From contig OZ024744.1 in NCBI GenBank assembly GCA_964016885.1, forward strand, positions 103,292,001-103,356,000: a stretch of DNA of 64,000 nt, in the 5' to 3' direction. Each line of letters opens with the position of its first letter. Position 1 is the stretch's first letter. Position numbers and translations under genes: made by a program. The notes beneath the pieces are model-generated. The model saw nothing but the letters and a program-made list of their open reading frames with translations, did no database searches and was not told where the DNA came from. The DNA comes from Eledone cirrhosa (lineage: Eukaryota). This document shows positions 58,858 to 64,000 of this stretch, piece after piece.

Positions 58858-61800
58858 AGGTTATCATGTTTATGACACAGAAGAATGTAGTAGGTGTGTA
58901 TATCACCAACACTAGGTAGGTTATCATATTTATGACATAGAAGAATGTAGTAGGTGTGTATATCACCAACACTAGGTAGGTTATCATGTTTATGACACAG
59001 AAGAATGTAGTAGGTGTGTATATCATCAACACTAGGTAGGTTATCATGTTTATGACACAGAAGAATGTAGTAGGTGTGTATATCACCAACACTAGGTAGG
59101 TTATCATGTTTATGACACAGAAGAATGTAGTAGGTGTGTAAATCACTAACACTAGGTAGGTTATCATGTTTATGACATAGAAGAATGTAGTAGGTGTGTG
59201 TATCACCAACACTAGGTAGGTTATCATGTTTATGACATAGAAGAATGTAGTAGGTGTGTATATCACCAACACTAGGTAGGTTATCATGTTTATGACACAG
59301 AAGAATGTAGTAGGTGTGTAAATCACTAACACTAGGTAGGTTATCATGTTTATGACACAGAAGAATGTAGTAGGTGTGTGTATCACCAACACTAGGTAGG
59401 TTATCATGTTTATGACATAGAAGAATGTAGTAGGTGTGTAAATCACTAACACTAGGTAGGTTATCATGTTTATGACAGAGAAGAATATAGTAGGTGTGTA
59501 TATCACCAACACTAGGTAGGTTATCATGTTTATGACACAGAAGAATGTAGTAGGTGTGTATATCACCAACACTAGGTAGGTTATCATGTTTATGACATAG
59601 AAGAATGTAGTAGGTGTGTATATCACCAACACTAGGTAGGTTATCATGTTTATGACATAGAAGAATGTAGTAGGTGTGTATACCACCAACACTAGGTAGG
59701 TTATCATGTTTATGACATAGAAGAATATAGTAGGTGTGTATATCACCAACACTAGGTAGGTTATCATGTTTATGACACAGAAGAATGTAGTAGGTGTGTA
59801 TATCACCAACACTAGGTAGGTTATCATGTTTATGACATAGAAGAATGTAGTAGGTGTGTATATCACCAACACTAGGTAGGTTATCATGTTTATGACATAG
59901 AAGAATGTAGTAGGTGTGTATACCACCAACACTAGGTAGGTTATCATGTTTATGACATAGAAGAATATAGTAGGTGTGTATATCACCAACACTAGGTAGG
60001 TTATCATGTTTATGACATAGAAGAATGTAGTAGGTGTGTATATCACCAACACTAGGTAGGTTATCATGTTTATGACATAGAAGAATGTAGTAGGGGTGTA
60101 TATCACCAACACTAGGTAGGTTATCATGTTTATGACATAGAAGAATATAGTAGGTGTGTATATCACCAACACTAGGTAGGTTATCATGTTTATGACATAG
60201 AAGAATGTAGTAGGTGTGTATATCACCAATACTAGGTAGGTTATCATGTTTATGACACAGAAGAATGTAGTAGGTGTGTATATCACCAACACTAGGTAGG
60301 TTATCATGTTTATGACATAGAAGAATGTAGTAGTTGTGTACATCACCAACACTAGGTAGGCTATCATGTTTATGACACAGAAGATTGTAGTAGGTGTGTA
60401 TATCACCAACACTAGGTAGGTTATCATGTTTATGACACAGAAGATTGTAGTAGGTGTGTATATCACCAACACTAGGTAGGTTATCATGTTTATGACACAG
60501 AAGAATGTAGTAGGTGTGTATATCACCAACACTAGGTAGGTTATCATGTTTATGACACAGAAGAATGTAGTAGGTGTGTAAATCACTAACACTAGGTAGG
60601 TTATCATGTTTATGACATAGAAGAATGTAGTAGGTGTGTATATCACCAACACTAGGTAGGTTATCATGTTTATGACACAGAAGAATGTAGTAGGTGTGTG
60701 TATCACCAACACTAGGTAGGTTATCATGTTTATGACATAGAAGAATGTAGTAGGTGTGTAAATCACTAACACTAGGTAGGTTATCATGTTTATGACACAG
60801 AAGAATATAGTAGGTGTGTATATCACCAACACTAGGTAGGTTATCATGTTTATGACACAGAAGAATGTAGTAGGTGTGTATATCACCAACACTAGGTAGG
60901 TTATCATGTTTATGACATAGAAGAATGTAGTAGGTGTGTATATCACCAACACTAGGTAGGTTATCATGTTTATGACACAGAAGAATGTAGTAGGTGTGTA
61001 TATCACCAACACTAGGTAGGTTATCATGTTTATGACACAGAAGAATGTAGTAGGTGTGTATATCACCAACACTAGGTAGGTTATCATGTTTATGACATAG
61101 AAGAATATAGTAGGTGTGTAAATCACCAACACTGGGTAGGTTATCATGTTTATGACATAGAAGAATGTAGTAGGTGTGTATATCAACAACACTAGGTAGG
61201 TTATCATGTTTATGACATAGTAGAATGTAGTAGGTGTGTATATCACCAACCCTAGGTAGGTTATCATGTTTATGACATAGAAGAATGTAGTGGGTGTGTA
61301 TATCACCAACACTAGGTAGGTTATCATGTTTATGACATAGAAGAATGTAGTAGGTGTGTAAATCACCAACACTAGGTAGGTTATCATGTTTATGACATAG
61401 AAGAATGTAGTAGGTGTGTATATCACCAACACTAGGTAGGTTATCATGTTTATGACACAGAAGAATGTAGTAGGTGTGTATATCACCAACACTAGGTAGG
61501 TTATCATATTTATGACATAGAAGAATGTAGTAGGTGTGTATATCACCAACACTAGGTAGGTTATCATGTTTATGACACAGAAGAATGTAGTAGGTGTGTA
61601 TATCATCAACACTAGGTAGGTTATCATGTTTATGACACAGAAGAATGTAGTAGGTGTGTATATCACCAACACTAGGTAGGTTATCATGTTTATGACACAG
61701 AAGAATGTAGTAGGTGTGTAAATCACTAACACTAGGTAGGTTATCATGTTTATGACATAGAAGAATGTAGTAGGTGTGTGTATCACCAACACTAGGTAGG

Positions 61801-62457
61801 TTATCATGTTTATGACATAGAAGAATGTAGTAGGTGTGTATATCACCAACACTAGGTAGGTTATCATGTTTATGACACAGAAGAATGTAGTAGGTGTGTA
61901 AATCACTAACACTAGGTAGGTTATCATGTTTATGACACAGAAGAATGTAGTAGGTGTGTGTATCACCAACACTAGGTAGGTTATCATGTTTATGACATAG
62001 AAGAATGTAGTAGGTGTGTAAATCACTAACACTAGGTAGGTTATCATGTTTATGACACAGAAGAATATAGTAGGTGTGTATATCACCAACACTAGGTAGG
62101 TTATCATGTTTATGACACAGAAGAATGTAGTAGGTGTGTATATCACCAACACTAGGTAGGTTATCATGTTTATGACATAGAAGAATGTAGTAGGTGTGTA
62201 TATCACCAACACTAGGTAGGTTATCATGTTTATGACATAGAAGAATGTAGTAGGTGTGTATACCACCAACACTAGGTAGGTTATCATGTTTATGACATAG
62301 AAGAATATAGTAGGTGTGTATATCACCAACACTAGGTAGGTTATCATGTTTATGACACAGAAGAATGTAGTAGGTGTGTATATCACCAACACTAGGTAGG
62401 TTATCATGTTTATGACATAGAAGAATGTAGTAGGTGTGTATATCACCAACACTAGGT
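58078..62457. repeat. 43-monomer (2580-bp offset) duplication
   Basis: atcaacaac in lines 58561/61141, catatt 58921/61501 and atcatcaac 58981/61561. Confidence 0.88.
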
Positions 62458-63057
62458 AGGTTATCATGTTTATGACATAGAAGAATGTAGTAGGTGTGTA
62501 TATCACCAACACTAGGTAGGTTATCATGTTTATGACACAGAAGAATGTAGTAGGTGTGTATATCACCAACACTAGGTAGGTTATCATGTTTATGACATAG
62601 AAGAATGTAGTAGTTGTGTACATCACCAACACTAGGTAGGCTATCATGTTTATGACACAGAAGATTGTAGTAGGTGTGTATATCACCAACACTAGGTAGG
62701 TTATCATGTTTATGACACAGAAGATTGTAGCAGGTGTGTATATCACCAACACTAGGTAGGTTATCATGTTTATGACACAGAAGAATGTAGTAGGTGTGTA
62801 TATCACCAACACTAGGTAGGTTATCATGTTTATGACACAGAAGAATGTAGTAGGTGTGTAAATCACTAACACTAGGTAGGTTATCATGTTTATGACATAG
62901 AAGAATGTAGTAGGTGTGTATATCACCAACACTAGGTAGGTTATCATGTTTATGACACAGAAGAATGTAGTAGGTGTGTAAATCACTAACACTAGGTAGG
63001 TTATCATGTTTATGACACAGAAGAATGTAGTAGGTGTGTATATCACCAACACTAGGT

Positions 63058-64000
63058 AGGTTATCATGTTTATGACACAGAAGAATGTAGTAGGTGTGTA
63101 TATCACCAACACTAGGTAGGTTATCATGTTTATGACATAGAAGAATATAGTAGGTGTGTAAATCACCAACACTGGGTAGGTTATCATGTTTATGACATAG
63201 AAGAATGTAGTAGGTGTGTATATCAACAACACTAGGTAGGTTATCATGTTTATGACATAGAAGAATGTAGTAGGTGTGTATATCACCAACCCTAGGTAGG
63301 TTATCATGTTTATGACATAGAAGAATGTAGTAGGTGTGTAAATCACTAACACTAGGTAGGTTATCATGTTTATGACACAGAAGAATATAGTAGGTGTGTA
63401 TATCACCAACACTAGGTAGGTTATCATGTTTATGACACAGAAGAATGTAGTAGGTGGGTATATCACCAACACTAGGTAGGTTATCATGTTTATGACATAG
63501 AAGAATGTAGTAGGTGTGTATATCACCAACACTAGGTAGGTTATCATGTTTATGACATAGAAGAATGTAGTAGGTGTGTATACCACCAACACTAGGCAGG
63601 TTATCATGTTTATGACACAGAAGAATGTAGTAGGTGTGTATATCACCAACACTAGGTAGGTTATCATGTTTATGACATAGAAGAATATAGTAGGTGTGTA
63701 AATCACCAACACTGGGTAGGTTATCATGTTTATGACATAGAAGAATGTAGTAGGTGTGTATATCAACAACACTAGGTAGGTTATCATGTTTATGACATAG
63801 AAGAATGTAGTAGGTGTGTATATCACCAACCCTAGGTAGGTTATCATGTTTATGACATAGAAGAATGTAGTAGGTGTGTAAATCACTAACACTAGGTAGG
63901 TTATCATGTTTATGACACAGAAGAATATAGTAGGTGTGTATATCACCAACACTAGGTAGGTTATCATGTTTATGACACAGAAGAATGTAGTAGGTGTGTA
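63058..64000. repeat. 9-monomer (540-bp) tandem duplication, truncated by the window end
   Basis: actggg in lines 63121/63661, atcaac 63181/63721 and ccctagg 63241/63781. Confidence 0.88.

Larger units (their letters stand above)
1901..63967 (-). other. Repeat-derived open frames (MITYLVLVIYTPTTFF[C/Y]VIN)n and (HTYYILLCHKHDNLPSVGDI)n, most likely non-coding
   Basis: The 60-bp unit has no stop in two minus frames. ORF ends coincide with point variants or the three 1-bp deletions. There are no non-repetitive N- or C-terminal domains and no recognisable family. Confidence 0.75.
1..64000. repeat. 60-bp tandem satellite array, about 1,067 head-to-tail copies, extending beyond both window edges
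   Basis: Every 60-nt line is the same monomer with about 0-3 substitutions. Unit position 21 is a common C/T dimorphism. Phase shifts by only 1 nt at about 28319, 37366 and 50589. No non-repeat sequence is present. Confidence 0.99.

Noticed and set aside
28315-63967. (MITYLVLVIYTPTTFF[C/Y]VIN)n as a multi-pass membrane protein
   Set aside because: It is uniformly hydrophobic with almost no charged residues or loops over thousands of residues. The commonest variant is non-synonymous (C/Y), and nonsense variants and frameshifts are tolerated.
1-64000. CRISPR array
   Set aside because: There are no unique spacers because the whole 60 bp repeats, and there is no leader or cas gene.
1-64000. TAG-only recoding (table 15 phage code or pyrrolysine) opening the plus frames
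   Set aside because: Frequent variants create in-frame TAA in both frames (C50T, T7A and T16A in frame 2; T44A in frame 3), so they would still be broken repeatedly.
1-64000. Fungal RIP signature
   Set aside because: CpA-to-TpA changes exist, but most CpA/TpG sites are intact in nearly all copies, and transversions and non-CpA transitions are also common.
1-64000. C/T pattern at unit position 21 as an information-bearing code or diversity-generating cassette system
   Set aside because: The pattern is explained by block duplications copying existing alleles. No recombinase, reverse transcriptase or expression locus is present in the window.
1-64000. Rolling-circle or concatemer sequencing artefact
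   Set aside because: Variants recur in ordered, nested blocks of many different periods, which indicates real evolutionary history rather than random error on one template. Local mis-assembly cannot be excluded.

Overview
The whole 64-kb window is one uninterrupted, single-orientation tandem array of a 60-bp monomer, about 1,066 full copies plus a partial one. The consensus is AGGTTATCATGTTTATGACAYAGAAGAATGTAGTAGGTGTGTATATCACCAACACTAGGT, about 35-37% GC with no CpG. I see no unique sequence, spacers, transposon insertions, inversions or RNA genes, and the array runs off both ends. It looks like a highly homogenised satellite or macro-minisatellite, probably eukaryotic, but I cannot identify the organism or repeat family. 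The giant minus-strand ORFs in the track arise because the unit length is divisible by 3 and two minus frames lack stops, so I do not call them genes. The informative signal is in the monomer variants. They show nested tandem duplications of 9 to over 100 monomers, a four-copy higher-order block that lengthens from left to right, a turnover of variant sets at about 37-48 kb, and only three 1-bp length variants. I found no convincing novel gene system; the coding and recoding ideas below are low-probability, testable hypotheses. Unit positions are numbered 1-60 in the phase of window position 1, and block boundaries are approximate to within a few monomers.
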